A DNA stretch of 51,400 bases, filler included, from Catajapyx aquilonaris (lineage: Eukaryota), in NCBI GenBank assembly GCA_000934665.2. It is 3 parts of 3 records of this genome, joined end to end, with 100 filler letters (N's around TTAATTAATTAA, not from the genome) between each part and the next. Parts side by side here need not be neighbours in the genome. Positions count along the whole stretch, not along the records: positions 1 to 17,067 come from JYFJ02007039.1; 2 more parts are not named here. One strand, written 5' to 3'. Numbering within the stretch: position 1 is the first letter of the stretch; every line of letters starts with the position of its first letter. Both the position numbers and the translations under genes were made by a program. This document shows, one piece after another, positions 1-13,220 of this stretch. The notes under the pieces were generated by a model. That model did no database searches. It was not told the origin of the DNA and saw nothing but the letters and a program-made list of their open reading frames with translations.

Positions 1-61
1 ATTAATTATCCCCCTTTTTTTAAAAAAATATATATATATAAACAAAAAAAAATAAACCTTT

Positions 62-164
62 GGTTCAGTTAACGTTGGGGTCGGGGTGGTATTGCCTGCC
101 CTGCCCTACAACGTCACAGGTGCTTGGCGCAGTATAGCCATTGCTGCTGTTGCGCCATTAAACC

Positions 165-198
<34 letters not shown>
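62..198 (+). mobile_element. Probable 3' end of a SINE/LINE ending in a (CAAT)n tail
   Basis: GC-richer segment ending ...GCGCCATTAAACCTT followed by (CAAT)8 at ~166-198, a typical retroposon 3' tail. No 5' head visible. Confidence 0.45.
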
Positions 199-199
<1 letters not shown>

Positions 200-280
200 T
201 AATTGTTGATGAAGTTTCTCGGCCACTGAAATGCCCCTTTCCTCTCATGTTATTAGCTGGAGATGATCCTGATCGGACAC

Positions 281-282
<2 letters not shown>

Positions 283-331
<49 letters not shown>

Positions 332-659
332 TGTTGGGTTAGTGCTCACCCAGAGGGTATTTGCACGGACCTTTATTTCAATCGAAGTATACATGGTGCC
401 ACATTCGAAGCGCCCGGGCCCACGGGCAGGACGACAGGAGGGGACGGGAGGGGATGTGCAAGTGCAGTGCGGTAACGGGGCTTGGTCGTTTTGTGAACTC
501 CCCGGGTGGTTTAGTCTGTGGATATACCACCCGAGACGAAGCCAGAGACGACCCCCAGAACTCTGCACGAGATGAAGGGGGTGTCCCCGGGTTGGGATCG
601 AACCCGGGACCTTAACATCCGTGGGCGCGCACGTTACCGCGGCGCCACTCCGTCTCCCT
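283..659 (-). mobile_element. Full-length tRNA-derived SINE (family S1) with (TTA)n tail
   Basis: Minus strand begins GGGAGACGGAGTGGCGCCGCGG (A box) ... GGTTCGATCCC (B box). (AAT)n tail at 281-330. 16-bp TSD TCCTGATCGGACACAA at 267-282 and 660-675. Confidence 0.93.
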
Positions 660-1133
660 TCCTGATCGGACACAACAACGTTCATATACGTTGTGTAATG
701 TGTTTACAGTATATTATGAATACTACTAGGCATGTATGCAGCCGAGTAGGATTAATATTCAATGCTTCAATATTTATTGAATGTTTATTAGAGCGGAATT
801 TTTTTCCAGTACAACAAAACTGATGAAATTACTGGTCTGTGATTATAAAACAAGACCTATGTAGTAATTTCAAACGGAAGATTCTCCTGAGTCAGTACCA
901 TGAATAGAGTTTCATCAGCTGGTTGCGCAGTAGCGACTGAAGTCTGATTGTGCCGTGTCTTGTATGATGTGGATACGTCATTCAATTGAATATATGATAT
1001 ACTCGATACGTGAATTGTGATGGGAATTATTGTAATAATTACACGACACTCACCTGAAGAGTACTGGTCTTTAGTGTAACACGTTCATGCTGACTGGGAG
1101 GGATATTCCTGCTCGTTGTCTGAGAAGCCGAAT

Positions 1134-1173
1134 CATATCAGTCAGAAGACCATGAATATCCAGAGTAGATTTA
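1134..1173 (-). repeat. Internal repeat family B, copy 1 (short, diverged)
   Basis: ATCAGTCAGAAGACCATGAATATCCAGAGTAGATTTA resembles ATCAGTCAGAAGATATTGAATATC..AGTAGAT at ~5641 and ~11739. Translates KSTLDIHGLLTD vs KSTCDIQYLLTD. Confidence 0.55.
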
Positions 1174-2026
1174 CGCCCGATAAGAGTCGTATTGAGCATG
1201 TATTTTCTTTTGCATACGAGACATGTAATAAGGAAGTGTCTGGCGCATGGCAGCAGGAAGATATATGAGTTGTCCAGTTGTCAACAATATGTCAGCAGCT
1301 CAAGACATGTGTCCAGCCACTGTTGATGTCAACTTGGATGTCGTTGGTTGCATGTTTACATCAGCTGCACATTTTCTTCGTGTCCTTTTGTAACAAGGTT
1401 GTGTCAAAATATTGATTCGCAGAGATTTGCGGAAAGTCTTTCTTATTCCCCCACATGATTGGCTGTGGTTTCTTATACAATTGCTGAAAATCCAGGCATT
1501 CTGGTGGGAGTTTCTTGTCAATTATCCGTATGACTTATGATGGATCATGAAAGGAATGTGTTCGTAGCTAATATATCCATTTTCACAACCCCGTTATAAT
1601 ATCGTGTGCGGAACATCATTTTTCCACTTTTCCTCCCTCGTCCCTCCCTCTCATCTGTTCTTATTTTGTGGGTGCTGTTGAGCCGTGGTTGAGACCAGGG
1701 GCGGCCCAGGGTGAGTTTTAGGAGGTGTCGGGCATGTAAGACTCGTGGCCATTACTCATGGGTAAGGGAAAGGCGAGCTGGGATACATATGATGCAAATT
1801 ATAATGTACTGCATGTGTCATTTTATGCAAGGTAACCCAAGAATGGTCCGTAACTTAGGAGCAGGGAGTGATAATAGCAATGCCGGTTCCCAACATATCC
1901 TTACATCATGTGTCTTGACTGGAGTCCTTCAGTAATATTGGAACCAAGATTGGTCTGGTTTCCTGTTTGCATTGGAATTACATTGGAAGCCAATAAATAT
2001 CAAGTGACATGAGTATTTGCATACGG

Positions 2027-2450
2027 TTGTACTTGGCTGTGGATTGCATTACAACTTTAAATGTATCGTAATAAATTTTAATGCCAATAAGATTATAATT
2101 GACAATGACAAGTAGTGTTTTTCAGTACAGGTCATGACAGCTTTCATCACCACTTTTAAATAGTTGCAATGATGTGTTCTATGAATAATAACTGGCAGCT
2201 TGTTTCCCTGTTCATTGGAATTGCTGGCTCAGTCAATAAAATAATATCTGGAATAATTATTGTCACTTCCAGGATAATTATTATCCTGGAAGTGACAAAG
2301 TCTGGGAGCTTTTTAAGTCCTCGAAAGCATTTTATGTGTGTAATAGTGAAAAGCAAATCGCCCCAAGGAGTTGGAGTTGGTTTCTTCCTACAATGGTCGT
2401 AGCAGTACCACACGTCTCCACTAATCTCATGCCGCGAAAAAGCACACCAA
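2027..2450 (-). repeat. Internal repeat family A, copy 1
   Basis: Shares long blocks with 5946-6222 (TGTACTTGGCTGTGGATTGCATTACAA; GAATTGCTGGCTCAGTCAATAAAATAATATCTGGAATAATTAT) and weaker similarity with 13045-13200. Confidence 0.85.
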
Positions 2451-3689
2451 AGTGAGGCTTCGCAAGGTTGCCTTTTTCATATGGATGGTCGGACATACGC
2501 ATTGCTGATCATCTCCCTGGTAGCTGCTGGACCAATTGGTGCTGACGTGGCCGTAGCGGGGGGTGCAATAAGCACAGTGAGGTTCTTGTATCTGTATTTA
2601 TTCAGTTGCAGTAAAGGATAAAAATTTATATAACATGGGTCTGTTAGGAGAGGGAACGACCAGTGACTGACCCACATTCAGAGCAGCCAAAGGCCTCGAA
2701 TAACACAGACAGACGACTTATACAGGCTGCAAGCCCCGTAATGCATGATAGAAATATGCAGGACTAGCCAATGGCAAGACACATCAAGGAGCAATGCCGG
2801 CTTATTAAAAGACGGTTTTTTTTCCACGATGCAGTATTCTGTAGGTGGATATGTTTGGCTGAAAAGTCGGATACTAATAGTGTGTTCCAGAAGGCGGCTT
2901 CAGTCTTGTTAAGAGATAGTTTCATTTGGATTGCACAGGAACGTCTCTATGTGGACATGATCAGCATCATCCTGGGCAGATAGTCACAGCGCATTAGGCC
3001 CCTTAGTTCCAACTCAAAACTAGCTAAGGGTGCAACCACGTTCTAAGTTTATATCCCAGTTGGCCTCGAAGCAACTATAGACTAAATAATATCGTATGCT
3101 GGGTTCATATTCTTTCGTAATTGAAGCTACACCTTATGGCATTTGAAGGTGTAATTACAAAGCTCCTATGTTGATTGCAGAGTGAGAATTATTGTGAAGA
3201 AATTATCTTCATTTTGGATTTTAACCCGCCATTCTAGTAAAACCTTGCGGTTATATCCAAAGATCCTCATCCCCTGTGGAGTTGTGATTTCCTTCAAGAT
3301 TTCGTAATTTTATGTTTTGAATTTGTACTGTACGATACACAGGCCGTGGTCGTGTTCCTTGTCTTGTCGTGGCTTGCTCGCGGGCGAAATTCAGTTGCGT
3401 CATTCATAATTTTGTAAATAATATTCATTGTAATAAAGAGGCACCAACATCTTTTGGCGAGTCTTTTGGGGATGGAGAACAACTTACTTTTAATGTTCTC
3501 GTCGTAAGAACGTCTCACTTACGATAAGACATTTTTATCCAGATGGGACTGTTCACTGGCATGTTGTGACGTCAGTGTTCAGCAGGTTGTTCAGATTAGT
3601 GGGATAAATTCAGGTGTACTCTTCTACTACTGTGGCTCTTCCAGGTGTTCGGCTATGGCCGGAAGGGCAAATGGCGAGGCCAGGCTTTC

Positions 3690-4715
3690 GGCGATTGCAA
3701 ATCTTCCGGAGTGCCTTGTCATTTTCGGGGTCCCATGACCTTAGAGAGCCGATGACGACAGCCTCCACCGTCACCTATCGGTACTTCCTCTTAAGCTGCT
3801 GGGCCAGGTAGGCGTCTATTTCTCCTTTTTGAGGCGTCTAGCTTCTGCCTCGCCGGTCCATTCTAGAAGGGTACCGTGACGTCAAAGATAATGGCCCTCT
3901 CGTTGTCTTGTGCCGCCACAAGGTCGGGCCGGAGAGCTCTCCCTGGGACAACCAGAGAGAAACTGCGCCGCATCTTCATACGATGTGGCCCGGCCAAGGC
4001 GTCCCTGGACCGTCTAGGTCAGGTCATCCACGGCCAGATTCTGGACGCTGGAGTCGGGGCAAGTAAGGAGCTTGTAGGCAGAATCAATTATCATGCGTCA
4101 CTGTCCTCGACAGCCTCACGCAGTCCAATGCCGCCTGCTCCCCTGCTCCCATATATGTACTCATCGGCAGCACGCACCGGCAGATTAAGCGTCTGTGTAA
4201 CCAGTGGGCCAATCTGGGTGTCAAACTTCCTTTCCGCCTTTTGAAGCTGGCCCATACGCATTGGAAACGTCATTTCTGAATAGACGAAGGTTTTTAATGC
4301 GTCAATTCGTTGACATAGATCCAGGTTCGACCTCAGTATCCTCTCAGCAACTACTCTCTAAAAAAATAAGAGTTAAATTAACTCTTTTTAACCTTGAAAG
4401 TGGTCATTACCAAAAATGAGTTATAATAACTCTTTGCTGGAGTTAAAACAACTCTTTTAGTTCATTTCATCCTCCGAAAGAGTGAATTAATAACTCTTTC
4501 GGAGGATGAAATGAACTAAAAGAGTTGTTTTAACTCCAGCGAAAGAGTTATTATAACTCATTTTTGGTAATGACCACTTTCAAGGTTAAAAAGAGTTAAT
4601 TTAACTCTTATTGAGTTTTTTTAACTCTTATTTTTTTAGAGAGTATCATCAACTTATCGGCGGTAGTGAAGTCCGGCACGACATTAAAGCCCACCGGCTG
4701 TTTGTATGACCATGA
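3690..4715 (-). mobile_element. Degraded, internally deleted NeSL/Utopia-like (R2-group, RLE) non-LTR retrotransposon: RT C-terminus plus restriction-like endonuclease
   Basis: Minus translation: QPVGFNVVPD..ADKLMIVAERILRSNLDLCQRIDALKTFVYSEMTFPMRMG..TLNLPVRAADEYIYGSRGAGGIGLREAVEDSD / IIDSAYKLLTCPD..AQFLSG. Then LRPDLVAAQDNERAIIFDVTVPF*NG and VTVEAVVIGSLRSWDPENDKALRKIC, which are RLE PD..D motifs as I recall them for NeSL/Utopia. Confidence 0.85.
4354..4643. mobile_element. Fully palindromic (fold-back) MITE with TA target-site duplication
   Basis: TIR CTCTCTAAAAAAATAAGAGTT...AACTCTTATTTTTTTAGAGAG, arms ~135 bp centred near 4487. TA at 4352-53 and 4644-45. Removing it restores the retrotransposon reading frame. 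Confidence 0.93.
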
Positions 4716-4819
4716 TAGGTGTTGGTCTGTGTCATGTGGAAAGATCAACCCAGATTATTATATGGTCATCCATTATGCATGGCGATACTTTCATAAACCC
4801 GCCCTTTCACACGAAATTG

Positions 4820-4910
4820 CACTTTGTTTGGTGTTGTCGCCCTGAGCGTTAATGATCTGGCTCCAGTCGTCACTCTTTGGTTTCAGGTGCAATTGTGGAA
4901 GCTGCGCCTC
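4820..4910 (-). repeat. Internal repeat family C, copy 1
   Basis: CTTTGTTTGGTGTTGT..CCTGAG...TCCAGT.GTC..TGGTTT..GTGCA also present at ~14303-14405. Translates SGRQHQTK vs SGKQHQTK. Confidence 0.6.
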
Positions 4911-5614
4911 AGGTGTCGAAAGATACATTTAAGTCACCCTGCCCTAAAAGGGGATACCACCATCTCCTGGGTTCACGAAAATTCTATTTTATTCGAGATT
5001 CACTGAACCGAAACAATATTCCCTCATGCAATAGTTGTTCCAATTGATCGACTGCCCAATTCGTAGATATAAACATTGAAACTGAAATATCCTTTTGCTT
5101 CAAAGTTATGTGCTGAAGGTTATCCCGTTTGGCACACAACAGTGTTCATAATATCTTCCTGAGTGTAATCCGTGACACAAAATAACTCTTATTTCGCAAC
5201 ATTTGCAGTGTGAATGGGTTTCAGATTATTGTGACAGGACTTGCTGAAACCTAATTTTTTCACGCGTTATTTTTATTATGGTTATGAAGACGACGCGACG
5301 TAACACACCTGGCCGTTGAATAAATCATAATTATGATCCTTGTGATTCTAAACGTATGCATGGAGATTGGAATGGCATAATTTGCAAGCCTGGTGCAGCA
5401 CGTAATTTGCAAGTTGTTGTAGGCCTTTCTGGCTTTTTATTAGGTCACGATGCCGTGTTGACAGATCTATTCGCATCCTCTCTGTTCTGGATGCGTGCCC
5501 GATTCTTCATCGACAGGTGTTCTTCGGCCGTCCTAACCATAATTGCGTAATGGGCATAGCAACATGAACCGCACCCAGCTTCAGACTGGAATGCAGGAGA
5601 TTCTTGATGTTTTA

Positions 5615-5822
5615 TATGCCTTAAGTATGTGGATCAGTGCATCAGTCAGAAGATATTGAATATCCCTAGTAGATATATGCAGCTCAGTTTATACTGTATA
5701 TGATTCCAAGGGAGTTGGATGATTCATACGTCAGTCGGTGTGGTTGGTTCAGATTGGCACACAAGCTACATAAGTGAAAAGGATGGTAGTGTCCCGCATT
5801 TCCGAGGGAATTTGCACTTTGT
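5615..5822 (-). repeat. Internal repeat family B, copy 2
   Basis: Closely similar to 11716-11920 (CCTTAAGTATGTG..ATCAGTGCATCAGTCAGAAGATATTGAATATC...TGTCCCGCATTTCCGAGGGAATTTGCA). Confidence 0.9.
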
Positions 5823-5945
5823 CGAATGTCACTGTCAGATTGTACAGTATATGTAATATTAGTAATATGTTTCACATGCACCTGAGTGAATACATGTCCA
5901 CAGGATAGACAGAAAGCACAGAATCACTGGAAATATTTGGATACC

Positions 5946-6222
5946 TGTACTTGGCTGTGGATTGCATTACAAGGGGGTGTCAATAGGATTATAATTGACA
6001 GTGACAAGTATAGTGTCTCTCAGTAGCAGTCGTCATCACTTTTACATGCTTGCAAGGCCTTATCTGAATAATAACTAGTACAGAACTGGTAGCTTCATTC
6101 CCAGTTCATTAGAATTGCTGGCTCAGTCAATAAAATAATATCTGGAATAATTATCCTGGAAGTGCCACGGTCTGTGAGCTATTTTATTCCTCTAAAGGAT
6201 CTTATACGTGTGTAATAGTGGA
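5946..6222 (-). repeat. Internal repeat family A, copy 2
   Basis: Aligns to 2027-2350 with indels. Confidence 0.85.
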
Positions 6223-9200
6223 GATGGCTCTGGGCAGGAGCCATTCATGGTGGACAAGTCCGGCGAAGTGGGCTTGGATCGCTGGAGGATACGCTTGTCA
6301 AAAACCCTGTCCAAGTACACTACTGCACTACTGCATTACTTTTCCGCCTATTGTTTTACGTCGATTTAACGATATGAGTGTGTGACTGTGACACCGATCG
6401 CAGATGAATTTTGTACAGGAGGATCCTTTTCTTGCCATCTTAGCATCCTACTTTATATGCTTGCTGCATCAGTAATGTGTGAATGAGTAGCCTATAGTCC
6501 GTAATTTCACTTCTTCATCAATCGTGTCGCCTTTTATGCAGATTTATTCGGGAATATGTCAAGCAATATTACTATAGGAATATTCTAGTAATAGTGTCGC
6601 GAGTTGCTGGTTTATTTTTCGGTCCTTTCACTTGTGATTTCAATTGTCGTTCACTTTGAACTGATTCCGCCTTCCCAGGCGATACACGATGTACATGGAT
6701 GGAAGATGTTCGTTCCCGTGGAATTAAAATAACTGCCGTCATTTATGTTGACGTTATTACAACATGAGCGTATATGTCCAGAGTGAGCATACACAAGATA
6801 TGGTGTTTTAAAGACGAAAATATTTATGATAATTGCACCATCAAATCAGCTTGCTACTATCGGTGGTTGGTGCTTCAGTTCTCATCATTTTGTAAAAATA
6901 TAATTATATGATGCTATACTATCCTTGCATCTTATTCCATGTTGGTCGTGCAACATGAAAGTCGACATTGTAACAAACCGATATTGTCGTGAATAATACA
7001 TCTCAATGTGAGGCAGTTGTGGCATAAACATTACTACAGCCCTCCACCCTTTTCGTTCGTTGGACTGCCCTCTGAAAAATCCCTTTTAATATTTGAAGAA
7101 AGAAGATGTAGTCCAGCATATAAATGCCGTAAATCTCAGAATATTTTGAGCCGAAAAGTTGGCTCCGGTTGTGATTTGATAAGGTACAAAATGTGGCCTT
7201 TGTAAATATAAATTATGCCCCTCTTGATTTGTCATCCATCATTTTTAAAAGTTTGGTAATCCTTGTACCATCGCGTCGCCACATTTTATCATGAACTACT
7301 AGATTAGTTCTTGACAGTAGTTATTTTTAACTGTTTTTATGTGTGATCATCACAAAAAGAGGTTACAGCTGTACAAATTGTCTCTAATCGCCCTATTGGA
7401 ATGACAATGCATGGATTCTGTAACATTGCGTTCCATCGTCTTTATTGATTTCACATTAAAATTGTTTAATTTCAGCAGAACTGCACTATGAAACTGGAAA
7501 ACATCACAATTTGTAGACAAGTGTGGCCATATCATGTGCACTTGTTCCTGATATGGCCACTAGGTAGACTTTTGGAATTAGTTTTTTTTTTTTGTCCAGT
7601 ATAACTATTTTCATGGGGAATTAATTTTTTTTATTATGAAAGTCCATTAGCCTGGGATCGATTAATACAAATAACAAGGTTTTGATTCTTTTTCAAACAG
7701 GCGGCTAGAAAAATTTCCAAACCTTAGCATGGCCATATCCGAGACACCGACCTTACTCACAGGTTCCTCTTTTCACTAAGCTTTTGGACTAGGCATTTAG
7801 GCATGTTTATTGACATAATAACAACCATTTTACACTCCTATTCGATGCACCCGAGCTTTCATCCTTGGGATTTTGGTAATCAGTGTTGTTACTGTTGGGT
7901 CCCATTTGATTATTTGCCCATTGTTGATCATCTTGATTAGGTTATATTTGGATGATTTTTTAAAATTGTCCTGTATCCATATATACTTGGTGTCCAGAAG
8001 TCACATGGTGATATGACGATTGGGTGATGTGGTGATGTGGGGATATTTGGGGGATATCTTGTCCATCAACTTACGAAGTGAGGGATGTATAAGGAGTTTC
8101 CCACTCATATCTGGTGTGGTGGGTGCGGTATTGAGGAAACAGAAAATGACCTTTTTATAGTATATTGATGATATAATATTATGTACTCGTACATGTAACC
8201 TTACACGTCTTACACTATAAATTGTTTCAAGCTTCCAAGTCGGAGTGAACCACTACATTATCCTGTGGAGAAAATAACTATCTATCAGATTGGAAGTTTA
8301 GTAAGAAAAATTATATGATTCAACTGTAATCTTTTGGATACTTACATAATCACACATTGTCAAAAATGCAGTACACACTAAACCTTTACATATTTTTCAT
8401 ATAAGCAGTCTAATGCATGGCAGTCTTTTAATACCCACATATGGACATTATAGAGTGATATTGAAGCTACCTTTGTGCGAATCGCGTCATTTAATATGCG
8501 AACATCTAGTTATACGGTATGTTAGGATCGTTTGTGAGGCGGCTTCTAGGGCTTTTCGTTTTGGTTAATGTTCGGTTCTCTGCTTTTTGTGCCTGTTACT
8601 GGATTCGCACCAATATTCTCCTAATTATTGGGTGTATACTTTTCAAGAAATTGAATGTAGGGATGCTGGCGTGAATTCGGTGTTCATCATCCCCGCAACT
8701 GATTCCACTAGTGACTAGTCACTTGTGTCTTCCCGAAACTGAACAGACGTGTATAATCTGCGTTGTAGCTGTTATTATATTATCATGGTAAAAGGAGCAC
8801 TTCTCCCGTGAAGGTCCTCCTATAAGTCATTATAATAGAGAAGTGTTACCAGTGAGAGCTTCCGCTGCACATTTCTTCGCGGAGTGTAATTCTTGGTGTA
8901 ATTGCTAATTGTGTGCCAGTTGATTCTTGTGTGTCCCGGCGAGGATCACGTTGCTCTGGTGCTTTGTACTACGTTCTCTTCATTTTCGACCGCTTGAGGC
9001 AGCTATGCAGTGATATAAACCTGCCCGCGTGACGTCAATTTCTGGATTTTCATTGTAGGCCTACTTGTGTTGTGTGGTCAGATCCATTGTCGATGTAGGC
9101 GCTTGTTTTAGTTGCATCCTCTGCAAAGTTGCTAAGTTCAAGTTAGTGACTTTATTATACATTACTTTATTATTACTATTGTTATATGCGTAGGAAGGAC

Positions 9201-11394
9201 TGATCATGATCAATGACTGAGGTTTCCAAACGAGGGCGCCCATGTGTATTAGTGTTGGAGTCATGACCCTCGTAACTGATTTAAATCAGAAAGGTATCCA
9301 TCAGTCGAAGAAATAGTTCCATGAGTGGATGATCTTTATTCCGTCATGCTTACTGCACCATGAAAGTCTTTATACAGGGTAATGAAAATAGGTCTGTGGC
9401 TGCCTGAGAAACCCTTGCAAAGTGCCGTCAACTTGATAAGAACAAGCAAGGGATTTCCACTTTACCCGTATTAGGACAAAGCCTCTTGACAACGCTGCCA
9501 AAGATGTTACATGACATATCAACAAGACATGTCAGTTAGCTCACCACAGTTTGTAATTGCATTGTTTTTACTGTCGCTGTGTTTGTAGGTTGTCTCTTCC
9601 CATGTACCCAGTAGGGCTATTGTCTTACTAAAAACGAGTGTTTTATTCACTGCGCATCATAGTATTCCGTAATGAGTGGTTTTTCTGCCACTTCGGATGC
9701 TACTAGACCCAATAGACTTCTGTCTAAATTTTTAAGAGATAGTTACGTCTGCACCGCTCTATGTGTACATGAACATTATCTTCTTTCAGGCAGAGAATTC
9801 ACGTTCCCGAAGACAAACATTTTGTACATATGAGTACATCATTCATTGTATTGTGCCCTTCACTTTTTTTTCCTGTGAAGGAATGCACATTATGGAACCG
9901 GAACATGATGAGTCGGGGCAGCCACACACTGTTTCATATAGAGACTTAAGTGTTCAGAACAATGAAACAACTCCGTTCAAAGTTTTCCTCCCATCGAGGT
10001 TTTGTGGCGGTTGCTTTCCCGTTTTAATACTGCCACCGCATATTTCATTTGCTCCTGTTTTTCCGAAATGGAGAGCGCACAAGACAGTATTATTTCATTT
10101 GCAGACATAATTTCAGCAATGTCACTATAGGGAATCGCTTGTGTTTGGTCAAATTGTGGAGGCTCTCAGAAGCCGCCACTGTCCATCAAATGGGTTCTTT
10201 ATTGTGAAATGTATAATGTATAGGTGCACTTGGAAATTTTAAACAGTGGTAGAAAAAAATTGTGCATTTCTCTTGATTAGGTGAAAATGTCATCAATGGT
10301 CCCTCTTGGTCCTCAATGTCTCTCTCGGTATAGGTGGAATGTTTTAGGAAATGGTGTGGAGGATATGCGCCTTTCGAGGAATTAAACCTGTGTCGGCCGA
10401 GTAGTACATCTTGACTGGTTGAAGTGGTTTGTACAAGAAGTTGACACAGTCTATTGTGATATCATTGACGCCCAATGCGCCGACCAGGAACCTTTCGATC
10501 ATCTCTTCGAGGTTATTGTCCACCTAGCAGGCTGATTAAACCGAGCACTTACTATATATACCACTTATTAATAAAATTTCGTCCTCCCAGACTGCATATG
10601 AACATCATTGGACGATAGGTTCTTATGGTATAAAATCAGGACATTATCAGGCCTTATATATGAACAGGACATTTAGCAACCAACATCTGCATTTAGGAGA
10701 AAGTTGGATTCCATATATGATTTCTTCCGTCACCTCGTAAAGGCTTTGGACAGGCTTTGAAGGGGAAGGCAAACGAGTAAATATGATTACACTGATGGAG
10801 GCGCACTTATAACAATATGCCCTGTGAAAAATTAAAGGCTGAGAAATTGTGTCCAACTTTCATACAGTTTATACGCCGTTGTGATTACAGATTTATGCAA
10901 AGGTTTTAAACAGTTTACTTCTTACAGGAATAATTTTATTATATTAAATTGCTGGCGAAGATATTACTCCTTAATAATACGATACACGACTGAGTAATTG
11001 ACATTGCTTGAAGAGGAAGATAACTGCGACAACGACGATGAAAGCAGTCCAGACGAAGAGGACAACGTTTACTACCAGTGCCCGACTGCGAGCTGTCACA
11101 GGAGAGTTGATGAATACGACGCCGTCCAGTCGGACAACTGCCAGAGAGGCGCGAATGGTTGTCATTCATAAGCTTCATAATCTCATGGCATCGAATCGAC
11201 TCGTCAGAAGTTCTGTTAGATCAAGTCATGGTCCACGGAGCGGGCGTGTCAAGTCTTTGCACCCTGTTTTTATCGCTGTTGTCTGCAAGTATACTGTAAG
11301 GATCATGCACCTGGTGAGGGATAAGTGCACAGATACAGTACATCCAGACCCGACTCGTACACCGAGGCCGTACTGAAGCTGGCCGTCACATTGT

Positions 11395-11450
11395 AATCTA
11401 ACTTGTCTTCGTTTTCATCATTTGGAAAGCTGAGCCGGAGAGATATTTCC
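11395..11450 (-). repeat. Internal repeat family E, copy 1 (second copy at ~14150-14195)
   Basis: GTCTT(C/A)GTTTTCATCATTTGGAAAG(C/T)TG shared by both loci. Confidence 0.6.
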
Positions 11451-11715
11451 AAGCAGGAGCTCCGTCTGCTAGCATCCTCTTGGTGGGAAGCTTCCTCCAT
11501 CGCACTGCTTTTGTACCTGTCTCTCCTTCCAGACTATGTCTCCGTGTATTTTTCGAACGAGGACAATATTGTCTCCGGTCGTGTTACATCTTACATGTGC
11601 TTGCTGAGGGCTAAGGATCCCTGGCAAGTAGGCTGGTCCCTATGTGATTGCAGGGAAGTACTGCTACAGGTATCATACGTATATCCTTGTATTTTCCGTT
11701 GATATAATGGGCTTC

Positions 11716-11920
11716 CTTAAGTATGTGTGTATCAGTGCATCAGTCAGAAGATATTGAATATCGCAAGTAGATTTATGCAGCTCAGTTGATACTGTACATG
11801 ATTCCAAGGGAGTTGCATGATTCATACGTCAGTCGGTGTCGTTGGTTCCGAGGGATGGACCACAAGCTACATAAGTGAAAAGGGTGCTATTGTCCCGCAT
11901 TTCCGAGGGAATTTGCATTT
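11716..11920 (-). repeat. Internal repeat family B, copy 3
   Basis: ~200-bp duplicate of 5615-5822. Confidence 0.9.
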
Positions 11921-13044
11921 TGATTGATGATACTGAATATTTTTCCATCTAATAATGAAGAGGTGTGTGACGTTAGGTTGGCAGTGCACATGACTGTAGG
12001 AGTGACCAATTGAACTAGGGTACACCCCGACCAGGTTCGGGCTTCCGCTGGCCGTAGCCAGTGTGGGGAAGCACTTTCAAAGTTGACCTGACTCCAGATA
12101 CAATTTACTTTTCTGGACAATCTCCCTCGCTATAGGAATTCTCCGGCCCGTTGATCCACTCTGATTCATAATATATTTGCAAATGAGGTTTTCATATAAC
12201 ATGCTGCTGGGCTGGATTCACAGTCGTGTGAGAATATGATGCACGGGACAGTTGGTTACAAGTTGTTGTTCGTTGTTAATATTGTCATTCAAGGCAGCTG
12301 GCAGCTTCGATGTTTTTAATAATTATCTAAATGGATGTTTGTTTATGATATCCATCAAATAATGCTGAATATTGCGTAGATATTTCATACGTACATGTCG
12401 ATGTGCTATTCATTCGAACATGTGTAGGATTTTTGAAAATAAAAAAGGGTCTAAACAACCAGAATGATGACTTACGTCTTTATACCAGCTCATACACATC
12501 ATCCAACCTGAGATGGTTACCATGATGACAGCATTGCACCATGGAGAGTTCCTTATTCTAAAAGACACAAAGTAGCCACTTTCATAAACTATAATCGGCG
12601 AGCACTCCAAAACACATGTGAAACCTCACTTTCTGGGAGCAGTAGCCCCTACTGAATGATGACTCGTCGATCCAGGGTGTCGGAGGCTATGGCGTATGCC
12701 CACTGGGCGCCTAGAATGGCGGAGCTCTTGTGAAAATAAAAATTAGCACTTTGTTTATTGATATGGGCCAACAGTAATTCTACGTTGTTGAAATGGTTCA
12801 TGAAGATGGTCCAACAGGACAACAACAACAGACAAGTGGCAATCGGAATAAACAGTAACCACATGGGTGGTACATTTCCTAGTTACGTTATAACAAGAAG
12901 GCCAACAGAATAACAAACATATAAACAAATGGCCAACATTCATTATTACACATACACTCATTACATTCATCGTTACAGGTGCAAGAAAGAGTAATATGTG
13001 GAAATACAGTATTTTCCAGTTACGCGGGGTATCGTGCCTTCCTA

Positions 13045-13220
13045 TGTAGTGACAAAGTCTGTGAGCTCTTTTATTCCTCAAAAGTATCTTAACATGTGTA
13101 ATAGTGAATATGAAAATCTCTTGTTGGATTGAGTATGACACCGTCTCCCACCTAAATGACGCCTGTGCAGTGGGACAAGAATAGCACATCAGTCTTGGAG
13201 AACACTCGAGCACATTGCAA
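13045..13220 (-). repeat. Internal repeat family A, copy 3, including Cys motif D
   Basis: GTGACAAAGTCTGTGAGCTCTTTTATTCCTCAAAAG..ATGTGTAATAGTGAA matches copies 1 and 2 (FTITHVK vs FTITHIK). Upstream VLECSPRLMCYSCPT motif. Confidence 0.7.

Noticed and set aside
578..659. tRNA-like cloverleaf heads (also ~19700-19780, 29130-29212, 33600-33672)
   Set aside because: They continue into SINE bodies, three of them with tails and TSDs, so they are SINE heads rather than tRNA genes.
245..685. 146-aa ORF and overlapping poly-N/poly-I ORFs
   Set aside because: They lie entirely within a SINE and its (AAT)n tail, so they are not coding.
3876..4244. 122-aa plus-strand ORF
   Set aside because: It is the antisense shadow of the minus-strand retrotransposon.
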